Assembly (NCBI RefSeq): GCF_006345805.1
Contig: NC_043015.1
Coordinates: 46,500,001 to 46,564,000, forward strand
Direction of reading: 5' to 3'
DNA from: Octopus sinensis
Taxonomy: Eukaryota
DNA length: 64,000 bases
Below, piece after piece: positions 38,017 through 52,921 of the stretch. Position numbers and translations under genes: made by a program. A model generated the notes under the pieces. The model searched no databases and was not told the origin of the DNA. It was given only the letters and a program-made list of their open reading frames with translations. Positions within the stretch are counted from its first letter, which is position 1; each line of letters begins with the position of its first letter.

Positions 38017-41000
38017 CTGAAATAATGTTAAAAAAAAATTATATAATGTTCGTCTGAAATATTAAAAAATAAAAAGAAAAGAATGTGAAGAATAACACAT
38101 GCACTGAAAAAAAAAAATCCCCCTTGAAAATTGTTTAACTTCAGAGAGCATGAATTCAAAGAATTAAATTTTTAAAAAATAATTCTTTAGTTTACAACTA
38201 AAGGGAGTTAATTAACAGCTGGACGAATAGAAGGGAGATAATTGCAATTTGAAACTCACTCAAAGATAGTGAAAGTGACTGTATATATACACACATTCAC
38301 AAACACAATATATTTACCCCTTTCAATATATTTAAATTAGTTATTCATTTCATTTTGTACAGGAATGTTTATTTTATGAAATTCAATGAGTTATAAAAAC
38401 AGATTCAAAGAAATGGATTATAATATATTAGTTTTCAATTCAAGATTATGCATAAAAACAGGAAAAGAAATAATACCACAAATTTTATTTAGCCGAGCAA
38501 AGAGGTTACTGAAATAGTAAGATATTATGTTTTGACATAGCAACTTGTGGAATTGAGAAAGAAAATACCCTAAAATAATTTCACTATGTCAACAGTTAAT
38601 TTCTAAGTGTGAAGATTTCCCGTGCCATGCCAACAAAGGAACCTCTATGTAGTGCCTCGACCTGCTAGAAATAGAAACATCTCCCTTGCAATACTTCCTA
38701 CTGGCTTACAAAAGAAAAGAAAAGAAAAGAAAAAGATAATGTTATCATAGATATACCTAAAGAAAAATGGAATAACCACAATCTCTTCATGACATGACAC
38801 AGCCACAGTTTTCTGACAAATCACACCTAACCAGGTCTCTGCCTGTGTTCTTAAAATTATTTTAGACCATTTTATTTTGGGTGCACTTTTGCAAGTATAA
38901 AGGTGAGCTATTGCAAAGGTGAGTCCATAGAATGGCTTTAATATTTGGTTGTACTGATTTTATTTCGCTTGCATCAATAATATTTTGGGAAAGACATACC
39001 CCAACTCCCACTCTCTCCACTGATGCATTCTGCTAATCATAAAAAGTCAAAAGGAAAATAACAGGTGTGTCTGTAAAAACATGGACATATGAATAAATAT
39101 AAGCAATGTATAGTTTTCTGCGAATGTCATGGTATCCAACATTACATCAAAAAAAAGTTAGACTTTTCTAGGATTTCCAGAAACTACATTTGATATTGGG
39201 ACTCTACTGATAATTGGTTCCTTCAGGTATGAAACATCAGTACCTCATAGAAATAACAAAACACAGGTCTAAAAAGGTTGGATGATTTTTTAAACAAGAT
39301 AGAGGGGGGAAAAATAACCCTTCATTGCTAAATATGTATAGAGTCAATGTAAGTTGATTAGCATCCTTATCTGAAACATTAAACTTCGAATGCTGTTGTT
39401 TGTAGCACCAGACATTACGGCTTGATCAAAGCTACAAAGAAACAGCTTAATTTTTAAGAAATAAATAAATAAATAAATAAAAAGCTTTTAAGTCCATGTG
39501 TTTTTCGGTTTTACAATCTAATCATAAGCTATAGACATAATGCCATAAAATAAAAGACTGAATACATGAACATTATTATTATTTTTTTTTTTTTTTTTGA
39601 AGATGCTAAGAAGTTTGCAAAGGAAATTTAGTTGTAACATGAAGCAGATCCAGTGAACACATTGAAGCTCCTTTCCTAGCTTACACATAGAAAATTTATA
39701 GTGGGGGAAAACTGAGAATATTATATAAAAAATTATCATATTTTTATTGAAATACACTGCCATTTCTTCAATTAATTTTGAAAATAAGGAATTTTGGAAA
39801 ATAACTCTATCATTGTTAAGGTGGTTTGGAACAAATTAAAATTAACATTTTGAAAGATGGTTTTCATTTAGATCACTATAAAAACAGGAAATTTGTATAA
39901 GAACAGATATGGTATGAGGCAGATTGGTATGAAAAGGGTTAAAATAGAAAATATTATGTGCCATAACAGTACATAAGCTTTTTTGAATAATGTTTAAACT
40001 AAAAAGCAAACTAATTAGAAATATAGCTGAAGTGTACTATTTGTATATAGTGAATATATTCCTGGGGGTTACATTATCAGATTCCTTGTAGAGAGACTGA
40101 TTTCAATATTTGGCCAGAGCAAGCCCCAACAAAAATGTGTGTGATAGGCAATCACAAAAAGTTAGCAAATTACAGTTTGTATAAACTGTAATATTGTAGA
40201 AACACTGTCTTGATTATTTTACTGATTAACTATGGAGTTACAGAATTAATGAGTGAGCCTCTACACAGTAGCTTGACTTGCTACAAATAGCAGCCAAATT
40301 TCCCTTAAATCACAATTTTTTTAATATCAAACCCAACCTGAAACTGCCTCTAGTTCTATGGTACGAACTACCTGCCTTAAAGTGCTCTAAATTAAAACCT
40401 TTCATCAAAATTACGTTAGTTTATGTTCAGAACAGCAGCTCAATAACAAATATAATTATTCTCAAAATTAAATGAAACAATATCAGTGTATTTAAACAGA
40501 AATATCATAAAATGGGTAAAAAAATTTTTTTTTTTTTAAAGGGGGTAAGACACATTAGATGAGATTGTCCCAGATACAATATGGCTGAAAACAAATAAGA
40601 AAAAAAGAAAAGAAACAAAAAAGGCAAGATGGACATGACTAGGTGACTTTTTAAACATTTCAGTCCAATCAGTGCTGAACTAAGGACCAACTAACCAACA
40701 TGGATGAGTTAGTTATGTAGAGATGAGAATTAGACTGTCTACTTTATTTGTATTCTTAGTGATTAGTTTGTCTTTTTTCTTTTTTTCTTTTTCAGAATGT
40801 ACTATAAATCTTCCACTTTTTTTAAACATGAATCCTTGCATCTGGAATTTATATCCAATGTTCAATACTATCAGGAGTAAAGTGTCTTTACACAACTTGA
40901 ACAGCTATGTACGAATAGTTGAAGTACAGTGATATATATTTTTTTTTAAATATAAAAATTTGGGGCCACTAAGATACCTCATCACCACTATATATCTCTT

Positions 41001-43632
41001 TGAAGCACCTACTGATCATTCTCACCCTCGCTTCTAAATGTGAGTAGCTATGCAGCTCCCCTATACAGCAAGGACCTACCATGTCTACCACTTCTCTCCT
41101 AGAATAAAACTAAGTTCATAGTCTTACAAGCAGCATAGCAACCTCATTAGTGTCAGTAGCATGAAAAAAACACCCAGTACACTCTGTAAAGTGGTTACTG
41201 TTGGGAAGGGTTTAGAAACCAAGTTGAAGCAGTGTGGTCTTTAGACTCATCAAATCTTGCCAAACTGTCCAATCCATGCCAGGATGGAACATGGATGTTA
41301 AATAATGATGAGGGTAAAAACTACTTTCAATACTAAAGCTTCAAAATATATATATTTATTCCCTTTATACATAAAACAATTGGATGACACACTTGACCTC
41401 AATCAAACATGAAAAGCAAAAACTACTAATTTTTAGTAATGTCAAGTACAATAGGGTGGCTCCATCTGAAGCTGACCTGATGAACAATGTCTGTAGACAA
41501 GAACCATAACCCTACAGACAGAAACTGACAAGAAATATTTCCTAAATGTAATTTTCAAAAATATAAATACTGGATAAAATGAAAATTAAAATCAAAACTT
41601 CAATTCTATAATGAGAATCTATTATAAGTGGCATGTTGGAAGAGTTCTTAGAACATTGGGTAGTGTAGACTCCAGTTCTCTGCACTTTGAGTTCAAATCC
41701 AACAGAGGTCAACTTTGCTTTTCAACTTCTTGGGAGTTAATAAATAAAGTACAAACAAGTAGGGTCAATTCTTCTCTTTTTCCCTCTGTAACAAATTAGG
41801 TGTATTCGAACCTAGAGAAGGATAGATCGCAAGACATGCTCTACATCATGATGGCATATCTACAATTCTATGCTCTACAACATGAGAATCTATTCTTGTA
41901 AAAAATAAAAAAGAAGATAGCAGCAAATTTCCATGAGATAATTTACTGCAAGCAAGACCAGAAATCTGTAACTGTAGCAGAAAATTAAATATATAATGTA
42001 ATATAATCTTTTATGTTGTTGCTTAGCCCAAGGTCAGCCCTGAATGAGAAAAACAGATCATCAGTAGCATTTCAGCATGAACAGTCCCTTTTTATTTTTT
42101 AAAGATTACTTAGAATGGCATTATCCAATATGTCTTTTTCTTTTCCAACTGAGGGAGATTTACCTGTTTTTCTTTTTTTTTTCTATCAGATAAAGCAACC
42201 TTCATAGTGGAGCCTACATTATAGAAAGGTTTTAGCAGGGGAGCATAAATTGGAAACAGGACAGCTTTACGATAATAACAAAGAGATTACATGAGTGATT
42301 CCTTATATCAAAGAGATGAAGATCACAAAATGTTTTAAATGTCAATGTTCTAGATAAAGATAATGTGGAATATTAAAACCAGCCCAGGATGTCGTCTCAG
42401 AAATGATAAGGAGTGGGGGGGAGAGTTGAAGGTGCAAGAGGTTAGAGGGTAAAAATTGTTAACACAAGCAATTACTCAATAGGAAATATATATAAGAGAA
42501 GTGGGGGGGACCAATCACCAGCTGACCTAATAAAAAAAATTACCATAATTAGGAAAGTTATAGGATATACTAGAATAAGTGACGAGGAGCTCAAAGCACA
42601 AAAGGAAATTGTAGCAATGGAAATAGTTGTTTCCAACACTAGGTCCAGTCATTATTGTAATATGATAGCTTGTGTGCCCCAATGGCTGTGTAAGCTCCTG
42701 GTAGGGCCACTCATTCTAGACAGGTGTAACAACAGGGGCCAGAATAATATGGACCATCTCCTCTCAGAAGTAAAAATTGGCTTGTGTAGGGACCAACACC
42801 TCTACCGAGAAAGAAAGCAAAAGTTAGAGAAGTATTGATGACAGTTCAAAACCAACAAGATCTAGAAGAGGAAGGCCTTCCCTCGGGGAAACACGCCTGA
42901 AACACAAGTGAGGTCAGAGCCCACAAGGGAGGCAGAAGAGACAGAAAAAGCAAGGGTCCAACAGGAAAGAAGCAGAATAGATACTTCAGAGTTGAGAAGA
43001 GTGGAAAAAAGTTCACTGATGGTTCATGCATAATAGGGAGCAAAGGACTTAAGTAGGTAGTAAGTAGCAGTTTAAGTAATTATATTATGTGGATCGGTGT
43101 TACATTTAATGAATGGCATATTAGCACCATCATGAAAGAATTTGCATTAGGTTGACTGAGATATGAAGTCTGAGCTCATCTAATCAATCCAATTGTCATT
43201 CACTAGTAGATGGTTTTGTCACTACTGAACACCAGTTAGAATCTTTGATCTTATATAATAAATACATTGGACAGAACAACAGAAAAATTATATATTATAT
43301 TCTGAACATCTTATTCTTACATATCATTAACTATTATATGACAGCATGTGTGCAGTGGTTGGAAGTTGGACTGAGACATGACATATTTCGCTTGCTTTCA
43401 AGCTTTCAGTCAGCTACTTTATTATGTTTACTTGATCAAACCAGACTAGAATGGCTCTGCAATGTCACCAACAATCAAAACCATTAGAGTTAAAATCACA
43501 TGCAATAATGGGATTGAGATAACTATAGTAAAGTTAGTGCTGAAGAATACTAAAACAGATCATTTCAAACTCTATCACAACGAAAGTATACATCTGGAAA
43601 GACAACTGCAAATCCATTTTCTTGATAGAGAA

Positions 43633-43745
43633 ATCAACAAGCCATCTTCGTATGATCAACAAGCCGTCTTCGTATGGTCAACAAGCCATCTTAGTATAAT
43701 CAACAAGCCACCTTCATATAATCAACAAGCTATCTTAATTTATGA
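43633..43745. repeat. About 22-bp minisatellite, 5 copies
   Basis: atcaacaagcc(a/g)tcttcgtatg-like units. Confidence 0.8.
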
Positions 43746-46700
43746 CTAATAGTAATCATATTTCATATGATTACATTAGTCATGTATGAAGGAAGTTATA
43801 ATTATTCATTTTGATACCAACAAGCCTCAGATAGGTCCTGATTTTATGATTCTAACTTTCTCTTAAAATTATCTAAATTAAAACCTTCCACCAAAATTTT
43901 GTGTTAAATTATGTTCCAAACACCAGCTTAATACTAACAAAGTTATTTTATTAAATTCTTCATTATTTTCAAAAGTAACAGAAACAACAAAAGTGTCAAG
44001 GTCAGGTCTAGTAAAAGTTTTCAAGTTCAAATAACTTTTCATCAAAGCTTTCATACCAGCAACTTGTTTTATGAACAAAGTTGAGTTCTGAATAAAACCA
44101 CCTTCCCTACTTCTGTTGTGGTCACAACCTGAATCTATAGACAAACAGATATAGAGAGTGGGGAGAATACATGTCCAAACTGACAAAATGTACTTAATAT
44201 GATTAATTATTGCATGTTGAGTACACAGTATGGTTCACAACCGGGCAAAAGCTGAGTATATCTGGAACAACAGATATGTGGTTGCACATAGTTGCTTGGT
44301 CAACTATGTGTAATGGGTTTGTCAATCACAGCTGACCTGAGGTCACATAGAAGTTATGAAAGAATTCCATACAAATTGAGATGTGGCCCTCTCACCAATC
44401 AAGGAGGGCAGTAACACAAAATAAGAACTTGTTACAGATAGTGACAACCCATGCTAGCATTGAAAAGCATAAAATGATAACGCAGACTGAGTGTTCACAG
44501 ATGACTTGATTCTTATTCTAGTAATTCCAGAAGTTTGAAATTATATGAAAAACCAAAACTAAGTAATTGATTTGTAACAATAAGAAGCCTTGTGTTTGAT
44601 AGAATGAACAGGAACATAACAAAGTATAGGATTCAATAAAAAGTGTATCACAGACTAAACAAAATGTACCATTCTTTTAATTCACGACACATAACAGATA
44701 CATTCTATTTCTTAGGTTACCTAATAGCAATAACAGAAGCTAATGTTTAAGATAAATAAAGAAGTGAAATTTAGAGGACTATAGGCTTAAATGGGAACAT
44801 ATGAATTATCTTTCTACCCAAGCTCAACTAAATGATACATAAGCTAATGAATAAGCCTCTACATGGTTGCTAAACCGCCTAGAAATAGGAACTGAATCTC
44901 TCTCAAACCACACCCAACTGTTTTTAAAAAGCTCTAAAACCACTGTGCTTGAAAAGAGAAAAGATGATCTCTTTGATCATGGGTATTTTTGCTCAGAGCC
45001 TTCAGCTAAGGAGCAAAATCATCATCAATTATATGACACGTGTCAGATACTGAACGGTTGTTAATCATAGAATTGTTAGGACAAAATATTATTTGGAGAA
45101 AAAGAGTTCAGTATGAGACATTGTATGGTAAGAGGTCATGAGTGAGTAAAGAAAAAGATTGGGTGTTAAGGGATGACAACAGCAGTATGAATGAGAGAGT
45201 AAAAAAGAGAGAAATGAGATGACTTCACTGATATGAACATGTAATGCTAACAGGTGATATGTTATATGACAAAAATATAGCAACATGGTAAAAGAGATAA
45301 CATGGTATAAGACTAAGTTAAGGAAGATATATAAGGAGAAACTTTAGCATTCAGATGAAATGACATGAGCTTAAGCTACAGACAAGATAATCTTTATTTG
45401 TAAAGACATTGAATAGATAATCTTTACTAGATTAATCAAATGTGTGCATTTGTGTGACAAGCTCCCTCTGAAGAAGAATATAAAGAAGTTTATGGCTGAT
45501 ACTTAAATTTGTAACCTGTATCAATCAGTACCTTTCAATATAATTCCCTAGTCTACCATTTTATCCCTAAAGATTGGTATTTTGCAGCTAGATAACCTAA
45601 AGCAAGTAGAATTGTCCTATCCAGTAAAGGACTAGTTATCTAATATTTATGATCCTTAACCATTTTGATTACACACACACACACACACACACATATCAGA
45701 ATATAAAATTTAAAACTAAAAGTAGCTAATGTGACAAGTTTCAACAAAAGTATTTAAAATTTTAAAATAGACGAGGAGGTATTTACACATTTCATCATGA
45801 GATTTCGCTTTGGAACTAGCAGAAGTGAACAATTTCATTTTTCTTTTTTGTTCTTTTTCAAAGACACAATAATGGTAAATAATGCCAAATGGTCTACAAT
45901 TTAACATGAATAATTTTACTGAAAATGCTGCTTAAGCAATACAGATTTAACCCTTTAGCATTCAGATTATTCTGTAAAATGGTAAAGCTTGTGTATTCAC
46001 GCCATGTAAAATTAATCTTGCATCATTTCATGGCTTTGAGATTTCAATGATGTGATTGTTTATTTTTAAAATGACACAATAAGATAGCTATGAATGACCA
46101 TATATGACTAGTTTGAACATAAAATAGGTAGAATATTTTGGCTGGATATGGCCGGTTTAAACACTAAAGGGTTAAAGGTAATAAATAATTAAACATAACT
46201 ACTTCCTAATTTAGAAACTGACTGAGGGAGACAGATATAGATCTCCCTAGAAGCTTCTTGGTACACATGCACACACACACTCAGAAGCACTCACACCACT
46301 CAAATGCCTAATATTTTATTAAATATTGATAATTACATTTAAAGAGTGACACTTCAAATGGATTTAAATTAATAATAGTGAAAATAAAGATGGAAAAAAA
46401 ATAATAATTACAAAACAAAAACAAACAAAAATAACAGAAAATGATAATTGTTTTCTGAACTGTACTCTGCTTACAGCTCTCACACATCTCATGCGCACAT
46501 ACACACACACACACGCACATATGCACAAATAACAGTTTGCAAAGGTAAAAATCAATAACGATTCTGGCTGTGGCAGGAGAAGATGAAGACTGAAACCTGC
46601 AAAGAATTCAGATATATTCACCAAAACAGTAAAGTATGCTTCAATGTAAATATGAAGAGTCTTCAATCTATTCAAACTCATCCAGAATTTCTGTTTGTAT

Positions 46701-47232
46701 TACTTAACGGAATTTTTTTTTTTTTTTTTTTGGCATTTTAGTTTTTTTCCCCACCCATAAAATCAAATGCATAATTGAGGACACTGTGTTGAACATGAGG
46801 TGTACAAGTAACACGATAATTTAAAATAAAGGGGAAAAGAAATAAAATAAAACAACTTTATTGGCAAAGATTTCAGCAATAAGGATCAATCAATCTCACC
46901 AAGAAAAAAAAAAAAAGAAAAATTGGGGAAAACAGAAACAAAAGAAAAAAAGCAACTTGTTTGTTTGAAAAAAAAAAAGGTAAAAAAAAAGAAAGAAAAG
47001 ACATAATAAGCAAAACAGCAATCTCTTGATCCAATTTCCTGAAAAATCAAAATTCAATTGTTTGGTCTTGTTTCATTAAATTGCTTATCTTTGCAGACAG
47101 CATGTGAATATTACTGGTCTATAAATTGGAAAAATAGCTGAAGTGTAAAACTTACTGAAATTTTCATAATGTTTAAAAGCTTGAGAATTCTTTTACTCAT
47201 TTTACTTTTCTAAAGATCATCCCTTCAATGAC

Positions 47233-47271
<39 letters not shown>

Positions 47272-50200
47272 TAAATATCTATTTGGACTATTAGTATGTC
47301 GATTAAAGCACATTCACCATTTGGGCAACCTTATGCCATCCACAGTTACGATATAATTTTCACAGGAAAATGTACCATTCTTTTGATTCACTACACGTAA
47401 CAGATACATTCAATTTCTTAGGTTACCTAATAGCAATAACAGAATCTAATGTCTAAGATAAATAAAGGCGAAATCCGCAGTGTTTGTTGAGATTATAATT
47501 GATGAAGGAAACAGAAGATGGATTTAGTACGATTCTTTAAAGATTCGTACTAAATTCATCGTTCATTTCTTTCATCAATTATAAAATGAAATGCACAATT
47601 TCAATAAATTTTGAAAATAAACTAGACGTTAGTCAAATAAATAGCTTTTCCATTATCAAGTTGGTATAGGGAACATATATTAGTAAAAGATTCTTCCATA
47701 AAATTATAATGGAAGAATTTGGTTTATAAATGAACACTTTAAAATAAACATTCGTATCATAGAAGCAGAGGCAACTTCAGAATGAATTGCATTCAAAGGG
47801 TTATGACCCTGAACAGCACTGAAGACACTATTTTCGTTCCTTGCACTTCGATAGGGAGACACGTTAAATTTGCTTCAAACCTGCATCAGAAAGAACAAGG
47901 TTCTAACAGTTACTTTAAGGTTTACTCTCTTCAAAAATTCTTACCTACGGATTGGTGCAAGAGCATGGCTGCATGGTTAAGAAGTTTGCTTCTCAACCGT
48001 ATGGTTCTAGGATCAATTCTACTGCACAGCACCTTGGATGTCTTCTACTATAGCCTCAGGTTCACCAAATGTTTGGAATGGATTAGTGGAATCTTGTATG
48101 CAGATGCTCACCATTTACATGTGTGTATATGTATGTTTTGATTCATGCAATACGACTAGTTAAAAATAACAATGTTGTGTCAAAGGTCAACTTAGTTACT
48201 CAATAAAAATAAGTACCAGATTGAAATAACTGCTGGGAGCAATGTGATCAATTAAAACCCTTGAAAGGGATGCCCCAGTATGGCCACAGTCCAATGAATG
48301 AAACCAATAAAAGATTAAAATAGTTGATATATGTCTGATAAATCAATATATCTTGAATGCTATATCCTTAAAGAATTTATATTTTCTAAATTCTATATCA
48401 AAGTCTTTAACTTTTGAGATATCAGAGACAAAAGGCAACAAGCCGGCAGATTCGCTAGCATCATCATCATCGTTTAACGTCCGTTTTCCATGCTAGCATG
48501 GGTTGGACAGTTCAAATGGGGTCTGGGAAGCCAGAAGGCTGTGCCAGGCCCAGTCTGATCTGGCAGTGTTTCTACGGCTGGATGCCCTTCCTAACGCCAA
48601 CCACTCCGTGAGTGTACCAGGCAAAATGCTTAGTGGCATTTCGTTCGCCTATGTTCTGAATTCAAATTCCACCAAGGACGACTTTGCCTTTCATCCTTTT
48701 AAGGTCAATAAAATAGGCACCAGTTGAGTACTGGAGTCAATGTAATCGACTTACCCCCTCCTCTGAGCTTGCTAGCATTGTGCCAAACTTTCAAATCATT
48801 ATTACTATCATTAGGAATGGCAATTGTTAGAGGATCAAAGTGACTGCCTTGTCGTACGCCTTCAGCTCTGGATTTTCTGAATTTAAATGCCACAGAGGTC
48901 AACCTTCTTTTTATCCCACCCCACAGGAACAATAAAAATACAGTACCAGTCATTGGAGTAACAACCTCCCATCAAAATCGTTGGCCTCATACCTTAATCA
49001 GAAACCATTATTGTTACCCTTTTGACCGGGCTGCCGTGGCTTTTATGGGTTTTTCCACGAGTAACCTTTCGAAGCACCTCCCCCTATTGGGAGTTTTAAT
49101 CGTTACTTATATTTCGTTGTTATCCTGCTTTTGTACACGGACCTTTTTCAAATGGACAAAACCCTTTGTAACTTTCATCCTGTGCTTTGTCCCTTTATGT
49201 TTTAATTGATTTTTGTTAGCCCTTGTGGCCAATAAACGAATTAGTTATTATTATCATCATTAAATGCTTTCAAAGAAGACTGCCAATGGATCAAGTGGCT
49301 AGGGCGTTAGCCTACAAGCCAAAAGACTGATGGTCCATACCTGACCTGTACAATACACCACATACATCACTAAAACTCTTAACACTAAGTCAGAATACCG
49401 TGTGGAGAATCAGTTTGTTGCTACAAGTAGTGAACTGAAGATCTATATGAGCTAGAGTCATACTAGTGTAGAGGGGAAATTACTATCTATCTATACACAT
49501 TCATGTATGTGCATGCAGATGCAAATGAGAATATAAGTATGTGTACACACTCAAATTCAATATTAACCTTTTAATACCAGTTGGCAAACCCTTTACAACC
49601 ATACACATTGAAATAAAAGATTAATTATATAACTTAGAAATAACCAAATTATATGAATTGAAGCTAAAATAAAAAGCTTGATTACCTAAATACATCTTCA
49701 TAAATGAACAGTTATATAGCTGAGTTCATTCAGGAACGATTTTTGCACCTTAACTATAATGAATATTATTTGCTGAAATTTTCATTTCTAATTAGTTTTG
49801 CAACAAGTAAAAAGGGAAAACGCCAGGTAAGTAAGAGCTCAGTCAACAGAATAATGAAATAAACACATTTTGTTGAAATTTGTAATAAATTTATGTATCT
49901 TTGTAAAGTTGTTCATAAACAAAAAAAAACCGATGGAGGGGACGGGATCTTGGAATGAATTTGTTATCCCCCAAGAAACAATGTTTGGTAACAAGGTTAG
50001 GAGCAACAGTTTCAGTTCCAGTGTATATGTTCCTGTAGATACAACTTGTTTCAACAAACTTGCTTTCTTATTGATATAAATATAGAGAGACTGTAATATG
50101 TTATGACAGAGCATGCTGTGCCCAATGAGGAAATAGAAAAATATAGACTCTTAAACAGGAAAATGTTCGGTTCGGGAAAGTTTGTGATAAAAGGATCATT

Positions 50201-52153
50201 GGGGAAAATCGTTGTTGAATTTATGGTTGTGATTTAGTTATGATTAAAAATGTTGTTGAATGAAATTTAATACTGGAATCAGTATAGAAATATGTCAAAG
50301 AGGAACAGGTGAACTGAAGAGGCTAAAGCAATATGTTGTGAAATTATGTTGTGTAAAAAAAATACACAAAACACAAGCCCAACAAAGTATTGAAGATTTT
50401 CATGAGCTGTTTGCTTTCTTTTTTTCTTCTTTTTGCATGTATGGGTGTTACAAGTGGATGTAAAAAACTGGGCTTCTATTTGAATTCATGCAGTGTGCGG
50501 CAGATCGAAATATTGGTTTCTGTTGATATTGCTCATTAGCAATAGCTATACAGATAATGAAGTCAAGAGAACTGAAAGGTGACAGAGTTTTGTTCTGTTT
50601 TGTGTATATATTTTTGTGCGTGTATGTGTGTAGGGAGCACTAACACAAAATAATGGTAATCAAAAAAAGTCAACAGCAAAAAAGAGAGAATTTGTATTCA
50701 GTCTTTGTGATTAAATTGAATCTTGAAGGATTTTTTTCTTGCTTTTTTTTCTGCTTTTTTTTTTTTTTTTTGCTTTGAATGGTTGAAAATAAAATAGAAT
50801 GAAGAAAGTCACAAGCCAATGGATAACAGAAGATATGGAAATTATATGAATGAAAAAAATGTCACACCACAAGACAATGAAAATAAAAGGTCATCATTAT
50901 CACATTGGCTCATGTTTCATAATTCATGTGGACAGGCTTTTCCCTACCCATGTTCAATCTTAGTTTCCACGTATTACAAACTTCTCTGCATCTGATATCT
51001 ATTTCTCCTTCGCAAAGTGTTCATTGTCCTATCTCAGTTATTTAACAAACTCATCCTTAGAGGATTGAGTAAAAGTGCATCCAAGAAAAAGCTGTAAAGA
51101 GTTTATAGCAATCCCACACAGTAACTGGATGTAGTGGAACTCTTAATTATTGAAGAGAAACAATTTTCTTTTTATGAAATGAAGAGAATTAATAAATCAG
51201 TAAGAAAGATGTAATAAGTTGTGATTTCTTTGGTAAATAATTTTTCTTATGTTCCATCAATGTTTTTCCTTTTTGTTTTCTTTTCATTTTTGGTATCACA
51301 TAAGCATGTGTATCAATCATTCAAAGTTTTCTGAATGTTTTGTATTGTTGAATTAAAACTAAATATTTAAATTGTAAAAGAGGAAGCTATAGCCACAAGA
51401 AGCACTTGTTCTTTGCGTTTGTGGTTTGTTAAATGTTATTTTGGTTCTTTAGAAAATGTTCATCAAATGGAATGTATACTAAAAAGGCTAAAAAAGTTAA
51501 TGTGAAGATATATTATCTTGTTTAACAGTTAATATAATGATGAAACCATATGAAAAAAAAAGGAAAACAATCTGTTTTAAAGAAAAGTAATGATATGATT
51601 GATGTTTTGTTTAATGATTAGAATAAATAAAAGCATGATTTAGAAATGTTCATAGCCCTAAAATTTTTCTTCGGAAACAAAATTTTATTTGTGTGGAGTT
51701 ATTTTGAAGCCAAAGAACTTCAAAATATTTTATCCAGGATTTGTGAATATTTTGATTTTAAATACTAAAATGCAATTTTTTAATAGAAAGGACTAAGAAG
51801 ACAATTATATATCCAGAAACCCAAATTGTTTTCAAGGCAAGAAATTAATTTAAAAGTGACTACAAGGCAAATTTAACTTTCACTAAGATGAAAGCTCTGA
51901 ATTGTGAATAATGAAGAGCAGATTTTAAATGTTTTTCTCTTAAAAATTTATGAATGGTTCCCTGACCCATCAAGTCTTGAATTGTGAGGAAGGAAAAAAA
52001 AATGTAAAAATAAACTTTGGAGGGTAAACAGAATATATGTTGATATGTTCAGCTCAGAAATGTTTATGGAAATCGTCAGATGCAACTCAGGTCAGTCAAC
52101 AAATACTGAGTAAAGAATGTTTAAATAGATGAAATCAGAGAAAGAGAAAGAAA

Positions 52154-52192
<39 letters not shown>

Positions 52193-52530
52193 TCAGTTGA
52201 AGCCGCTGCTGTCAGTGCCACAGCCAAATATCTGGTCCACTTTACTGAAAGGCAACACGTGCAAAGATTTGAGTCAGTTAGGTAACATAGCTGCACAAGT
52301 TGAAGGAGTGGAAGTGGCAAGTAGTGAGCAACATCATCATCGTCATCATCACCATCATCATCATCCTCTTCATGAGATGTTTTCCCCAGGATTTTGTAAC
52401 TGTCACTTCAAGAGAAGTTTTTTTGTGGTTTTTTGATTATTTTTTTTTTTTTAGTGTGGTGTTTATATTTAACCTTTCTGTCTCAAGACAAGACCAAGGG
52501 ACAGAGCTGGCTTTCTTCAAAATAGCTTAC

Positions 52531-52754
52531 CTTCGGACCACTCCTCTGGTTCTTCACTATCTATTTCACTTTCAGGATCCACAGGTTTCTTAACAACTAC
52601 AGTGGACTTGATTTTGCCTTCCTTCTCATGCTTTATTTTGCTGTGACTTCTTTTTTCTGTGGAAGAGTTTTCTGTCTTTCTCTTGCGGTCACTGCCCTTG
52701 TCTCGATGGCTTTTTAATTTCAGCTTGATATCATCAGTATTATCACTTTCATGT
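52531..52754 (-). CDS. ZC3H13: ZC3H13 exon 2
   Basis: cttcacag acceptor, gtaagc donor; (R)HESDNTDD...ESEIDSEEPEEWSE; phase 2 to 1. Confidence 0.9.
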
Positions 52755-52921
52755 CTGTGAAGAAAGAGAAAATACACAAATATATAACAACTGACAAGAA
52801 TTGACGCCAATTAAAATTCTAAAAATTCTTTTTCATATAAACTGCAAATAATAGTTTTGGTATAAAAGATGAGCTACAGCAAATATTCTGCTCAGTTGGC
52901 CCAATGCAGTACCAGGCCTTA

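Noticed and set aside
42480-43060. Possible decayed APE/LINE fragment on the - strand
   Set aside because: Only faint motif remnants (LDLVL-like); too degenerate to call by eye.
46364-46596. Candidate alternative terminal exon (ctttgcag acceptor, in phase with exon 2)
   Set aside because: The peptide runs into (GT)n and T-rich low-complexity sequence, with no other support.
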